A DNA stretch of 64,000 bases from Tagaea sp. (GTDB lineage: Bacteria; Pseudomonadota; Alphaproteobacteria; CACIAM-22H2). The position numbers were made by a program, and so were the translations under genes. The DNA is taken from contig CBDIIB010000004.1 in NCBI GenBank assembly GCA_965279525.1, positions 1,248,001-1,312,000 on the forward strand, given 5' to 3'. Numbering within the stretch: the stretch's first letter is position 1; each line of letters begins with the position of its first letter. Positions 9,731 through 19,463 of the stretch are shown in pieces. Under the pieces are notes generated by a model. That model had not been told where the DNA came from. It was given only the letters and a program-made list of their open reading frames with translations, and did not search any database.

Positions 9731-11329
9731 TCAGCGTACCGGCTTGATGTTCATCGCAAGCGTGTCCTCGTCGACACGTGCCTTGATGCGGACCTTGGCC
9801 TTCTGCATGGCCCAGGCCGAGCCGACCGACACGATCGGAAGGCGCGGACGGTCCTGGAGAACGAGGGCGTTCGCCTGCTCGAGGAAGGCGCGGCGCTTCG
9901 CGTCGTCGAGTTCGACGGCTGCGTCCTGGAGCAGCTTGTCCATCGTGGTGTTCTTGTAGCCGAGCACGTTGAATGCACCCATCTTGGCCGCCGGATCGTT
10001 CGAGTGCGCGACGGACGAAAGCGTGTAGTGCGCCTCGCCTGTCAGCGTGCCCCAACCCGACATCGACATCGAGAATTCCCCGCGCGTGCGTGCCGGGAAG
10101 AAGACGGCGGCCGGTTGGGCGCTGGCAACCGCGTCGATGCCGACCGATGCCAGCATCTGCGCGATCGACGTTCCGACCTGTGTGTCGCCGGGCAGGCGAT
10201 CTTGCGTGAACGCGAAGCGGATGCGGAAGCCGTTGGGATAGCCGGCATCAGCCAGGAGCTTTTTGGCTGCCGCGACATCGTAGCGGCGTGCCGGCAGGCT
10301 CTTGTTGTAGCCGAAGATCGACGGCGTCACGAGCTGGTTGACCGGAATGCCGAGCCCGTCCATCGAGATCTCGGCGATCGTCTTGCGGTCGATCGCCATG
10401 TCGATCGCCTCGCGCACGCGGCTGTCCTGAAGCGGGTTCTTCGACAGGGCCGAACCGTCCTTGGCCGTGATCTGGCCAGCGGGCGGTACATCGCGCATGT
10501 CGAGTTCGACATTGAAGACGTAGACGGTGCCGATCGTCGAGACTTCGAGCTTCGGATCGCGCTTGAGAGATGCGACATCGGTCGCGGGCACGCGGGTGAT
10601 CAGGTCGAGCTGACCGGCCTTGAGCTGGGCGACGCGCGCGGCATCGTTCGGCACTTCCTTGCGGACATGGCGTGCCCAGGGCTCCTTGGGACCCCAGAAC
10701 GTGTCGTTGCGGTCGAGCACGAGATCGCCCTTCGGCTGCCAGGAAACGTACTTGTACGGTCCCGTGCCGATCGCGGCCTTGCCGGAGTTGAACGCCTCGT
10801 TGGCGTTCTCCTTGGTCAGGCCAGCGGCCGCCTTGTGCGAGACGATGAACAGGCGGATGAAGTCATAGGGAAGAATCGGCGCCGGGCCGTCGGTCTCGAT
10901 ATGGACCGTGTGCGCATCGACAACCTTCACTGCCTTGACTCGGCGCACATAGATTGTCGTCGGGTTCGGACCGGCAACGACAGGAATGCGCTCGATCGAG
11001 AACTTGACGTCCTCGGCCGTGAAGTCCGATCCGTCATGGAACTTGACGCCGCGACGCAGCTTGAACTCCCAGGTCGTCGGATTGAGGACCTTCCAGCTCT
11101 CGGCAAGGCGCGGCTCGACCTCAAGCCCATCACCCGACCAGGTCAACGTGTCGAAAATGTGCTTGAGCGATTCGGCATGCGTGCCGGTCGCCGTGAAATG
11201 CGGATCGATCGAGTCCGGTCCGCCGCGCACGCCGATCGTCAGCGTCTGCGCCGACGCACCTGCCGAGAAGGAAAGCGCCAGGGCGCTCCCGACGAGCGCG
11301 CCGCGCGCCCAATTCGCGTAATGGTTCAT
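9731..11329 (-). CDS. Dipeptide/oligopeptide ABC transporter substrate-binding protein (SBP family 5)
   Basis: Signal peptide, PRLAESW, FKLRRGVKFHDGSDFTAEDVKFS, IGTGPY, AKKLLADAGYPNGF. Confidence 0.94.
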   Translation of the reverse strand: MNHYANWARGALVGSALALSFSAGASAQTLTIGVRGGPDSIDPHFTATGTHAESLKHIFDTLTWSGDGLEVEPRLAESWKVLNPTTWEFKLRRGVKFHDGSDFTAEDVKFSIERIPVVAGPNPTTIYVRRVKAVKVVDAHTVHIETDGPAPILPYDFIRLFIVSHKAAAGLTKENANEAFNSGKAAIGTGPYKYVSWQPKGDLVLDRNDTFWGPKEPWARHVRKEVPNDAARVAQLKAGQLDLITRVPATDVASLKRDPKLEVSTIGTVYVFNVELDMRDVPPAGQITAKDGSALSKNPLQDSRVREAIDMAIDRKTIAEISMDGLGIPVNQLVTPSIFGYNKSLPARRYDVAAAKKLLADAGYPNGFRIRFAFTQDRLPGDTQVGTSIAQMLASVGIDAVASAQPAAVFFPARTRGEFSMSMSGWGTLTGEAHYTLSSVAHSNDPAAKMGAFNVLGYKNTTMDKLLQDAAVELDDAKRRAFLEQANALVLQDRPRLPIVSVGSAWAMQKAKVRIKARVDEDTLAMNIKPVR

Positions 11330-11330
11330 G

Positions 11331-11882
11331 TCACGGTCTCCCTTGGATCTGAGTGGGCCAATTCGGTTTATCGACGATGATCTTTTCGAGCAGCGCCTCG
11401 AGCGTGCGCCGTTCACTTTCGGTCAGTGCACTCGCCATGCCGTTCTCGTGTGCCACAAAAGCCGGCACGGTCCTTGCGACAATGCGCCGGCCGCGCGCGG
11501 TCAGCGTGAGGATGAGGCGCCGCCGGTCCTTCGGGTCCGCCCGGCGATCGATGAGCTTCTTGCGCAAAACCGCGTTGACGCCGCGGCTAAGCGTGTTCTT
11601 CGGCCGGGCAGTCGAGGCGGCGATGTCGTCGGCGGTAATCCCGTCCTTCAGCGCCAGCGCATAGAGCACGATGTGCTCGGGCAGCGTCAGGCGATAGGTG
11701 CGCCAGACCCATTCGTAGACGGTCTGGTTGAAATGGTGGGCGATGAAGTTGACGCGGAACGACAGGCGGCAGGGATTGTTCCAGAGTTTGACGCCGAGCA
11801 TCGGGTGCGGCATCGGCTGGCTCGCCTTGCGACGGCCATCGGCCTGCGCGTTGTCGTCTTTGCGGGCGCGTTTGGATGCCAC
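11331..11882 (-). CDS. MarR-family transcriptional regulator
   Basis: wHTH with DPKDRRRLILTLTARG motif; GTG start with GGGAGG SD. Confidence 0.9.
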   Translation of the reverse strand: MASKRARKDDNAQADGRRKASQPMPHPMLGVKLWNNPCRLSFRVNFIAHHFNQTVYEWVWRTYRLTLPEHIVLYALALKDGITADDIAASTARPKNTLSRGVNAVLRKKLIDRRADPKDRRRLILTLTARGRRIVARTVPAFVAHENGMASALTESERRTLEALLEKIIVDKPNWPTQIQGRP

Positions 11883-11907
11883 CGTGCCTCCCCGGAACGG
11901 CGGGAAC

Positions 11908-11958
11908 CTTGACGCATGCGCGAAGGGGCTGTCAAGATGGTGGTTCTAGATGGAACTA
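11908..11958. promoter_or_regulatory. Divergent promoter region with putative MarR operator
   Basis: Opposed CTTGAC (11908-13) and GTCAAG (11931-36) -35-like boxes; imperfect palindrome TGGTTCTAGATGGAACTA at 11941-11958. Confidence 0.5.
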
Positions 11959-12007
11959 TTTCTCCTTGGACGGCCGCGCGCCCGGCAGGCGACCGGCTAG
12001 TGGCGCG

Positions 12008-12982
12008 ATGATAGGCTTTTTCATCCAACGCCTTGTGCAGGCGCTGATCGTGATGCTCATCATTTCGGCACTCGTGTTTGCCGGGGTGTACGGCATCGGC
12101 AATCCGATCGACGTGCTGCTTTCCCCGGACGCCACGCACGCGATCCGCGAGGCGACGATCCGTGCCTACGGCCTCGACCAGCCGCTCTGGATCCAGTACC
12201 GCGATTTCCTGCTGCGCTTGGCCGTCGGCGATTTCGGCCGCTCCTTCGTCTTCAACATGCCGGTACTCGACCTGATCCTGTCGCGCCTGCCCGCCACGCT
12301 CGAACTCACGATCGCCGCCGTCTTCGGAGCGACCGCACTTGGCGTGCCGCTGGGCATGTACGCCGGTTACCGGCCGGACAGCATGGCCGCCAAATCGATA
12401 ATGGCGTTTTCGGTTCTCGGTTTCTCGGTGCCGACCTTCTGGATCGGTCTCGTGCTGATACTGGTCTTTGCGGTCGAACTTGGCTGGTTGCCGGCCGGCG
12501 GACGGGGCGATACCGCGATGCTGTTCGGCGTGCCGTGGAGCTTCCTGACGTTCGACGGATGGAGCTATCTCGCTTTGCCGGCGCTGAACCTGTCGCTGTT
12601 CAAGTTCGCGATGATGGTACGCCTCGCGCGCGCTGGCACGCGCGAGGCGATGCTCGGCGACACGGTCAAGTTCGCGCGTGCGGCCGGGGAGAGCGAAGCG
12701 ACGATCCTGCGCCATCACGTGCTGCGCCTGATCGCGATCCCGATCGTGACGGTGTTCGGCCTAGAGTTCGGCTCGACACTCGCCTTCGCGGTCGTGACCG
12801 AGACGATTTTTTCGTGGCCAGGCGTCGGCAAGCTCATCATCGACAGCATTTCCACGCTCGACCGGCCGGTCATGGTCGCCTACCTGATGCTGGTGGCGTT
12901 CCTTTTCATCTTCATAAATTTCTTCGTTGATATCGCCTATGCGGCCCTCGATCCGCGCCTGCGCGCCGGGCGGGCGAAGTGA
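12008..12982 (+). CDS. dppB: Dipeptide/oligopeptide ABC permease (DppB-like)
   Basis: GLDQPLWIQY, GDFGRS, RLPATLEL, ETIFSWPGVG, D.AYAALDPR. Confidence 0.92.
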   Translation: MIGFFIQRLVQALIVMLIISALVFAGVYGIGNPIDVLLSPDATHAIREATIRAYGLDQPLWIQYRDFLLRLAVGDFGRSFVFNMPVLDLILSRLPATLELTIAAVFGATALGVPLGMYAGYRPDSMAAKSIMAFSVLGFSVPTFWIGLVLILVFAVELGWLPAGGRGDTAMLFGVPWSFLTFDGWSYLALPALNLSLFKFAMMVRLARAGTREAMLGDTVKFARAAGESEATILRHHVLRLIAIPIVTVFGLEFGSTLAFAVVTETIFSWPGVGKLIIDSISTLDRPVMVAYLMLVAFLFIFINFFVDIAYAALDPRLRAGRAK

Positions 12983-13857
12983 CCGGAACGACGCCTCTCG
13001 GCCGCTTCTGGTCCGAATTCCGCGAGAATCGCGTGGCGCTTGCGTCCCTCGGCGTGGTGCTGGCGATTGTCGGCGTGGCGGTTTTCGCTCCGATCGTGGC
13101 ACCGCAGGACCCGTACGATCTTGCCACCCTAGTGCTCGCCGATGCCCGTCGACCACCGGGGTTCCTTGGAACCAAGGGGTTCGTCCACTGGCTAGGTACC
13201 GACGCGCAGGGGCGCGATCTCCTTTCGGCGATCCTTTACGGCTTGCGCGTGTCGTTGCAGGTCGGCCTGGCGGCGGGAACCTTCGCTTTCGTTGTCGGTG
13301 CATCGATGGGAGCCGTTGCCGCGTTCGTCGGCGGCCGGATCGAGATGCTCATAATGCGTTTCATCGACCTGCAGCTCTCCTTCCCGGCCATCTTGCTGGC
13401 GCTCGTCCTCGTGGCCGTGCTCGGGCCGGGAAAATGGCAGTTGATTGCCGCCCTGGTCACCGCGCAATACGCCTACTTCGCGCGTACGGCGCATGGGGCC
13501 GCGTCGGCAGAACGCTCGAAAGACTATGTCGTAGCGGCGCTTTCCACGCCCCTGTCCGCCCGGCGGGTCGTCTTTCGCCACATCCTGCCCAACTGCCTGC
13601 CGCCGCTGATCGTCGTGGCGACGGTACAGGTCGCCAATTCCATCGCGCTTGAGGCCACCCTCTCCTTCCTCGGTCTCGGCCTGCCGGTGACGGAGCCGTC
13701 GCTGGGCATGCTGATCGCCAACGGATTCCAGTACATGTTGTCGGGACGATACTGGATCTCGATCTATCCGGGCGTGGCACTGATCGTGCTGATCGTCGCG
13801 ATCAACCTCGTCGGCGACCAGATCCGCGACCAGCTCAACCCGAGGCTCCGCCGATGA
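12979..13857 (+). CDS. dppC: Dipeptide/oligopeptide ABC permease (DppC-like)
   Basis: LGTDAQGRDL, RHILPN, EATLSFLGLG, NLVGD..RD.LNPR. Confidence 0.92.
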   Translation: MTGTTPLGRFWSEFRENRVALASLGVVLAIVGVAVFAPIVAPQDPYDLATLVLADARRPPGFLGTKGFVHWLGTDAQGRDLLSAILYGLRVSLQVGLAAGTFAFVVGASMGAVAAFVGGRIEMLIMRFIDLQLSFPAILLALVLVAVLGPGKWQLIAALVTAQYAYFARTAHGAASAERSKDYVVAALSTPLSARRVVFRHILPNCLPPLIVVATVQVANSIALEATLSFLGLGLPVTEPSLGMLIANGFQYMLSGRYWISIYPGVALIVLIVAINLVGDQIRDQLNPRLRR

Positions 13858-14822
13858 CGGCGTTGCTTGAAGTTCGCGATCTTTCCACACACTTTGCCAC
13901 CCGCGCCGGCGTGCTGAAGGCCGTCGATGGCGTCAGCTTCTCGATAGCATCGGGTGAGATCGTCGGGCTGGTCGGCGAATCCGGTTCCGGAAAATCGGTG
14001 ACCGGCTTCTCGATCCTCGGGCTCGTCGATCCGCCGGGGCGTATCGTAGGCGGGTCGGTTCGTCTGGACGGCAACGAGCTCGTCGGACTGCCAGCCGAAG
14101 AGCTGCGTGCCCTTCGCGGCCGACGCATGGCGATGGTCTTCCAGGATCCGTCGACGACGCTCAATCCCGTGCTGACGATCGCGGTCCAGATGCGCCTGGC
14201 GCTGGAAGCGCACGATCGGGTCGGGGCCGTCGCGGCGCGCGCGCGCGCGGTCGAGCTGCTCGGACGCGTCGGCATTCCCGATCCGGCCAACCGGCTCGAC
14301 AGCTATCCGCACCAGTTGTCCGGCGGCATGCGCCAGCGCGTCGCGATCGCCATCGCATTGCTCAATCGCCCGGCGCTGATCATCTGCGACGAGCCGACGA
14401 CGGCGCTCGACGTGTCGATCCAGGCCCAGATCCTGACCGAAATGAAGATGCTGGCGGCAGAGTCCGGCACGGCACTCGTCTGGATCAGCCACGATCTTGC
14501 GACCGTGTCGGTTCTCGCGAGCCGCATCCTCGTGATGTACGCCGGCCGCGTCGTCGAAGAGGGGCCAACGGCGGAGGTGCTGCGCGCACCGCGCCATCCC
14601 TATACGCGAGGCCTGCTGGATTCCCTGCCGTCGATCGCCGAACCCGGGCAGGAGTTGCGCCAGATCCCCGGCGCGATGCCGTCGCTCATCGCCCTGCCGC
14701 CGGGCTGCGCCTTCGCTTCCCGCTGCACCTACGCCGACGCCGGCTGTACCGTCATGCCCGAGATGCGCCGCAATGCCACGCGCGGCGTTCGCTGCCACAA
14801 GCCGCTTGGTGGCTTCCCATGA
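13854..14822 (+). CDS. dppD: Dipeptide/oligopeptide ABC ATP-binding protein (DppD-like)
   Basis: GESGSGKS, YPHQLSGGMRQR, DEPTTALD, HPYT, C-terminal Cys cluster. Confidence 0.93.
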   Translation: MTALLEVRDLSTHFATRAGVLKAVDGVSFSIASGEIVGLVGESGSGKSVTGFSILGLVDPPGRIVGGSVRLDGNELVGLPAEELRALRGRRMAMVFQDPSTTLNPVLTIAVQMRLALEAHDRVGAVAARARAVELLGRVGIPDPANRLDSYPHQLSGGMRQRVAIAIALLNRPALIICDEPTTALDVSIQAQILTEMKMLAAESGTALVWISHDLATVSVLASRILVMYAGRVVEEGPTAEVLRAPRHPYTRGLLDSLPSIAEPGQELRQIPGAMPSLIALPPGCAFASRCTYADAGCTVMPEMRRNATRGVRCHKPLGGFP

Positions 14823-15838
14823 GCCCGCTGGTTTCGGTCGCGAACGCGTCCAAGCTTTTCCGTCAATCGCCCACGCTGGGCGAGCGGATCGCCGCACTCG
14901 CCGGCGGCAGCCTTCCGCGCCCCGTCCATGCCGTCGACGGCGTTTCGCTTGATATCCGCAAGGGTGAAGTTCTGGGCCTCGTGGGCGAGTCCGGTTGCGG
15001 CAAATCGACCCTTGGCCGGATGATCGCCGGCATCCTGCAGCCCAGCACCGGCCATGCACATCTCGACGGCGTTCCGCTGCTTGCCGAGACCGGTCGGCCG
15101 GTCAAGACCTCGACGCGCGTGCAGATGGTCTTCCAGGACCCGTTCGCCTCGCTCGATCCGCGAATGCGCATCGGCGACATCGTATCCGAGGGTCCGCTCG
15201 CCAATGGTATCGTGCCCGCAGCCGAAGTCCGGGCGGATACGGCGCGATGGCTTTCGACCGTCGGCCTCGATCCTGCGGTCGCCGAACGCTACCCACATCA
15301 GTTCTCCGGCGGCCAGCGCCAGCGCATCGCGATCGCGCGAGCACTTGCCATGCGTCCCGACGTGCTCGTGTGCGACGAGCCCGTCGCTTCGCTCGATGTG
15401 TCGATTCAGGCACAGATCATCAACCTGTTCTTGAAGCTGCGCCGGGAGCTCGGCCTGACGATGCTTTTCATCAGCCACGATCTGGGTCTCGTGCGCCACG
15501 TGTCGGACCGGATCGCCATCATGTATCTGGGTCGCATCGTCGAGCTGGGCGACACGCAAGGCATCTTCAACGCGCCGCGCCATCCCTATACACGCGCACT
15601 TCTCGACAGCATGCCCAAGCTGCGGCTCGATGCCGATGCGGCGATCGCGTTCCGCCCGATCCAGGGCGAGTTGCCCTCCCCGCTCGCCCCGCCGCCCGGT
15701 TGTCACTTCCACCAGCGCTGCCCGCATGTCCAAGCCCGGTGCAAGGCCGAACGGCCCGCATTGCGAATGCTCGGCGAACGCCAGGTCGCATGCCTGCGTG
15801 CCGATGAACTCAACCTCCAATCGGAGATATCGGGATGA
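14819..15838 (+). CDS. dppF: Dipeptide/oligopeptide ABC ATP-binding protein (DppF-like)
   Basis: GESGCGKST, FQDP, YPHQFSGGQRQR, HPYT, GCHFHQRCP. Confidence 0.93.
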   Translation: MSPLVSVANASKLFRQSPTLGERIAALAGGSLPRPVHAVDGVSLDIRKGEVLGLVGESGCGKSTLGRMIAGILQPSTGHAHLDGVPLLAETGRPVKTSTRVQMVFQDPFASLDPRMRIGDIVSEGPLANGIVPAAEVRADTARWLSTVGLDPAVAERYPHQFSGGQRQRIAIARALAMRPDVLVCDEPVASLDVSIQAQIINLFLKLRRELGLTMLFISHDLGLVRHVSDRIAIMYLGRIVELGDTQGIFNAPRHPYTRALLDSMPKLRLDADAAIAFRPIQGELPSPLAPPPGCHFHQRCPHVQARCKAERPALRMLGERQVACLRADELNLQSEISG

Positions 15839-16767
15839 ACGGCCCGGAATTCTCACTTGCAATCCATGGCGGCTGCGGCGTGCTGCCGCGCAAGACGATC
15901 CCCGAGAGGTTCGCCGCCGACGTGCATGCGGCACTGCACGCCTCGCTTGCCGCCGGAGCGGCGATCCTGCGTGACGGCGGTGCGGCGCTTGATGCCGTCG
16001 AGGCGGCGGTCGTCGTCATGGAGGATGCCGCGGTCTTCAATGCCGGCCATGGGGCCGCCTTCAACGAGACCGGCGGGCACGAGCTCGACGCCGCGATCAT
16101 GGACGGGCGCACGCTGGAAGCGGGTGCCGTGACCGGCGCCAGAACCATGCGCAACCCGATCCGCGTGGCGCGCGGCGTCATGGCGTCGGGCGATTTCCTG
16201 CTGCTGCAGGGCGACGGGGCAGACGATTTTGCGCGTCGCGGCGGCTATCAGATCGTGCCTCAGAGCTATTTCGGTACCGAACAACGGCGCCAGATGCTGG
16301 CCGAGATGAAGGAACTGGCCGCCAAGGGCGAGGCTGCCAAGGCCAACGAGGCGCAGAAGCACGGCACGGTCGGAGCCGTCGCACGCGACCGGCACGGCAA
16401 TCTTGCCGCGGCCACTTCGACGGGCGGCTACACGAACAAGCCTGTCGGTCGCGTCGGCGACACGCCGATCGTCGGAGCCGGCACATACGCGAACAACGCG
16501 ACCTGTGCGGTCTCCGGAACCGGCAAGGGCGAATATTTCATCCGCAAAGTGCTGGCGCACGAGATTTCGGCACGCATGGCTTATCTCGGACATGGCCTGG
16601 AGAAGGCGACAGCCGACATGGTGGCAGAACTGCGGGATTGGGAATGCGGTGCCGGACTGGTGGCCGTCGACCGGCACGGGAATATCGCCTTGCCGTACAA
16701 CACGGAAGGCATGTATCGCGGCTCGGTCACGTCGCTGCAGCCGGCCCGGGTGGCGATCTACGAATAG
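15835..16767 (+). CDS. iaaA: Isoaspartyl peptidase / L-asparaginase (Ntn hydrolase)
   Basis: AIHGG, FNAGHG, ELDA, HG/TVGAVA autoproteolytic Thr, ATSTGG, GRVGDTP. Confidence 0.93.
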   Translation: MNGPEFSLAIHGGCGVLPRKTIPERFAADVHAALHASLAAGAAILRDGGAALDAVEAAVVVMEDAAVFNAGHGAAFNETGGHELDAAIMDGRTLEAGAVTGARTMRNPIRVARGVMASGDFLLLQGDGADDFARRGGYQIVPQSYFGTEQRRQMLAEMKELAAKGEAAKANEAQKHGTVGAVARDRHGNLAAATSTGGYTNKPVGRVGDTPIVGAGTYANNATCAVSGTGKGEYFIRKVLAHEISARMAYLGHGLEKATADMVAELRDWECGAGLVAVDRHGNIALPYNTEGMYRGSVTSLQPARVAIYE

Positions 16768-16871
16768 GCGGCCCCGAACTTGCAACCTCCTCTATACAAC
16801 AGGCTCCCGGGCCGCCTAACATCGCGCCAATGCGGGCCGACCGGCCCCGGACATCAGGCATGGAGATCGTC

Positions 16872-17813
16872 ATGAAGGCATGGATTGTGGCGCTGTCGCT
16901 GGGGGCTGCGGCCGCCCTGTCGCCCGCGTCGGCACAGACGAAGCTGACCATCGGCTACAGCGGTTGGACGGGTTTTGCACCGCTCACGCTCGCCAAAGAA
17001 GCCGGCATCTTCCAGAAGAACGGTCTCGACGTGACGATGTCGAAGATCCCGCAGGCGAGCCGCCACCTGGCCATCCAGTCGGGGCAGGTCGCCTGCGCCG
17101 CGACGACCGTGGAAACCTGGGTCGCGTGGAACGCCAACGGCGTCGCCACCAAGCAGATATTCCAGCTCGACAAGAGCTACGGGGCCGACGGCATGGTCGT
17201 GCGCAACTCGATCGCGTCGATCAAGGACCTCAAGGGAAAGACCGTCGCGGCGTCCGCGCCGGGAACGGCGCCCTATTTCACGCTCGCCTGGTTCCTCAAG
17301 AAGAACGGGCTGTCGGTCAAGGACGTCACCATCGTCAATCTTGAGCCCGGTCCGGCCGCGCAGGTCTTCATTGCCGGCCAGAACGACGCGGCGATGACAT
17401 ACGAGCCTTACCTTTCGTCGGTGCGCGCGGCTCCGCAGGCCGGCAAGATCATCGCCACGACGCTCGACTACCCGATGATCATGGACACGTTCGGCTGCAC
17501 GCCGAAGTTCCTTGCCGACAATCCGGCCGCCGGCAAGGCACTCGCCGACAGCTATTTCCAGGCGATCGACATGATCGCCAAGGATCCGGCAAAGGCGAAC
17601 GAGATCATGGGCGCCGACGTCAAGCAGACCGGCGCGCAGTTCGCGGCATCCTCGCAGTACCTGCGCTGGCAGGACAAGGCGGCCAACAAGAAGTTCTTCG
17701 AGGGAGAGTTCCAGGCTTTCTCGAACGAGGCCGCTGACCTGCTGCTCGAGATCGGCATCATCAAGGCGAAGCCGGACATTGCTTCGCTCGTCGACACGCG
17801 CTTCATTCAGTGA
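16872..17813 (+). CDS. NitT/TauT-family ABC substrate-binding protein (SsuA/THI5-like)
   Basis: Signal peptide, GWTGFAPL, DKSYGADG, SIKDLKGK, TYEP. Confidence 0.9.
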   Translation: MKAWIVALSLGAAAALSPASAQTKLTIGYSGWTGFAPLTLAKEAGIFQKNGLDVTMSKIPQASRHLAIQSGQVACAATTVETWVAWNANGVATKQIFQLDKSYGADGMVVRNSIASIKDLKGKTVAASAPGTAPYFTLAWFLKKNGLSVKDVTIVNLEPGPAAQVFIAGQNDAAMTYEPYLSSVRAAPQAGKIIATTLDYPMIMDTFGCTPKFLADNPAAGKALADSYFQAIDMIAKDPAKANEIMGADVKQTGAQFAASSQYLRWQDKAANKKFFEGEFQAFSNEAADLLLEIGIIKAKPDIASLVDTRFIQ

Positions 17814-17819
17814 CGGACG

Positions 17820-17849
17820 GGCGCCGGGAGCCTGCAGGCTTCCGGCGCC
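17820..17849 (+). terminator. Intercistronic hairpin downstream of SBP gene
   Basis: GGCGCCGGGAGCC-TGCA-GGCTTCCGGCGCC, a 13-bp stem with one G-U pair. Confidence 0.6.
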
Positions 17850-17868
17850 GGTCCCCACGGATCGTCCG

Positions 17869-18651
17869 ATGACCCTTTTCCGACCGCTCGAACCGGTTGG
17901 CCGTACCGCGCGCATCGTGCTCGGGATCGCGTTCTTCGTGGTCTTCTTCCTCGCCTGGGCGGCAGCGACGCTCAGCGGATACGTGCCGATCATCTTCCTC
18001 GCCGATCCGATCACGATGGTGCAGGACGGTTGGCTGCTTCTCACCAAGTTCGGATTTTCCCGCGACATCGGCGTGACGGTTTGGCGCGTGGTCGGCGGCT
18101 TCGTGCTGGCAGCACTCGTCGCCGTTCCGCTCGGTATCCTCATGGGGGCCTACAAGACCGTCGAGGCGTTCCTCGAACCTTTCGTATCCTTCGCGCGCTA
18201 TCTGCCTGCCTCGGCCTTCGTGCCGCTGCTGATCCTGTGGGCCGGCATCGGCGAGACGCAGAAGTTGCTCGTCATCTTCATCGGGTCCGTCTTCCAGATC
18301 GTGCTGATGGTCGCGGTTGCCGTCGGCAACACGCGGCGCGACCTCGTCGAGGCGGCGTATACGCTGGGCGCAAGCTCAGCCAGCGTCGTGCGCCGCGTGC
18401 TTATCCCGGCCAACGCGCCGGAGATCGCCGAAATCCTGCGTCTCGTGCTCGGCTGGGCGTGGACCTATGTGATCGTCGCCGAACTGATCGGTTCATCGTC
18501 GGGCATCGGTCATATGATCATCGAGAGTCAGGCATTGATGGCCACGGGCCAGATCGTGTTCGGCATCATCGTGATCGGGCTCATCGGTCTGATTTCCGAT
18601 TTCGCCTTCAAGACGGTCAACCGCGTGTTTTTCGGCTGGCGACTGGCATGA
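17869..18651 (+). CDS. NitT/TauT ABC permease
   Basis: RYLPASAF.PL, GIGE..K, EAAYTLGA, AELIG. Confidence 0.92.
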   Translation: MTLFRPLEPVGRTARIVLGIAFFVVFFLAWAAATLSGYVPIIFLADPITMVQDGWLLLTKFGFSRDIGVTVWRVVGGFVLAALVAVPLGILMGAYKTVEAFLEPFVSFARYLPASAFVPLLILWAGIGETQKLLVIFIGSVFQIVLMVAVAVGNTRRDLVEAAYTLGASSASVVRRVLIPANAPEIAEILRLVLGWAWTYVIVAELIGSSSGIGHMIIESQALMATGQIVFGIIVIGLIGLISDFAFKTVNRVFFGWRLA

Positions 18652-19442
18652 CGGTAGGACCAAAGCTGCGCGTCGAAGGCGTATCGCGCACCTTCCCGGG
18701 TGTGGCGGGCCGGCCGGCGCTGACGGCACTCGAGCCGACCGACCTCTCGATCGCCGAGAACGATTTCATCACCGTCCTGGGTCCCTCGGGTTGCGGGAAG
18801 TCGACCTTGCTGCGCATCGTCGCTGGGCTTGACCGGCCGAGTGCGGGCCGCGTGCTGCTCGACGGGCACGCGATCGAAGGCCCCGGCCCCGACCGCGGCA
18901 TGGTGTTCCAGTCCTATACGCTTTTTCCCTGGCTCAACGTTGCCGACAATGTCGCCTTCGGCTTGCGAGAGCGCGGCGTGCCCGAGCGCGAGATCGCCGA
19001 GACCGTCGCGACGTATCTCGATGAAGTCGGCTTGAGGGGTTTCGAGAATCACCTGCCCAAGCAGCTCTCCGGAGGCATGCAGCAGCGCACCGCGATCGCG
19101 CGTGCCCTTGCCAACGATCCCGAGATCCTGCTCCTCGACGAGCCGTTCGGCGCGCTCGACAACCAGACCCGTGGGCTGATGCAGGAACTTCTGCTCGGCA
19201 TCTGGGAGCGGGACCGCAAGACCGTGATATTCGTCACCCACGACATCGAGGAGGCGATTTTCATGGCCTCGCGCGTGCTGGTGATGACCGCGCGTCCCGG
19301 CCGCATCAAGGCCGACATCCCGGTCGATCTGCCGCACCCGCGCCATTACACGGTCAAGACCAGCCCCGATTTCTCGGCGCTCAAGGCCCGCCTTACCGAG
19401 GAGATCCGGGTCGAAGCGATGCGCGCGGCCGAGATTCACTGA
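18648..19442 (+). CDS. NitT/TauT ABC ATP-binding protein
   Basis: [40 protein letters not shown]. Confidence 0.94.
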   Translation: MTVGPKLRVEGVSRTFPGVAGRPALTALEPTDLSIAENDFITVLGPSGCGKSTLLRIVAGLDRPSAGRVLLDGHAIEGPGPDRGMVFQSYTLFPWLNVADNVAFGLRERGVPEREIAETVATYLDEVGLRGFENHLPKQLSGGMQQRTAIARALANDPEILLLDEPFGALDNQTRGLMQELLLGIWERDRKTVIFVTHDIEEAIFMASRVLVMTARPGRIKADIPVDLPHPRHYTVKTSPDFSALKARLTEEIRVEAMRAAEIH

Positions 19443-19463
19443 TCCGCGAAAGGCTCCCCCAAG

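Noticed and set aside
9188-11380. 730-aa plus-strand ORF
   Set aside because: Antisense shadow of the Dpp SBP and creatininase genes. It is Arg-rich with no motifs, as expected in high-GC DNA.
16767-16816. GGCGGCCC...GGGCCGCC inverted repeat upstream of the NitT SBP, considered as a riboswitch or sRNA
   Set aside because: Only an 8-bp GC stem with a long loop, and no riboswitch consensus recognised.
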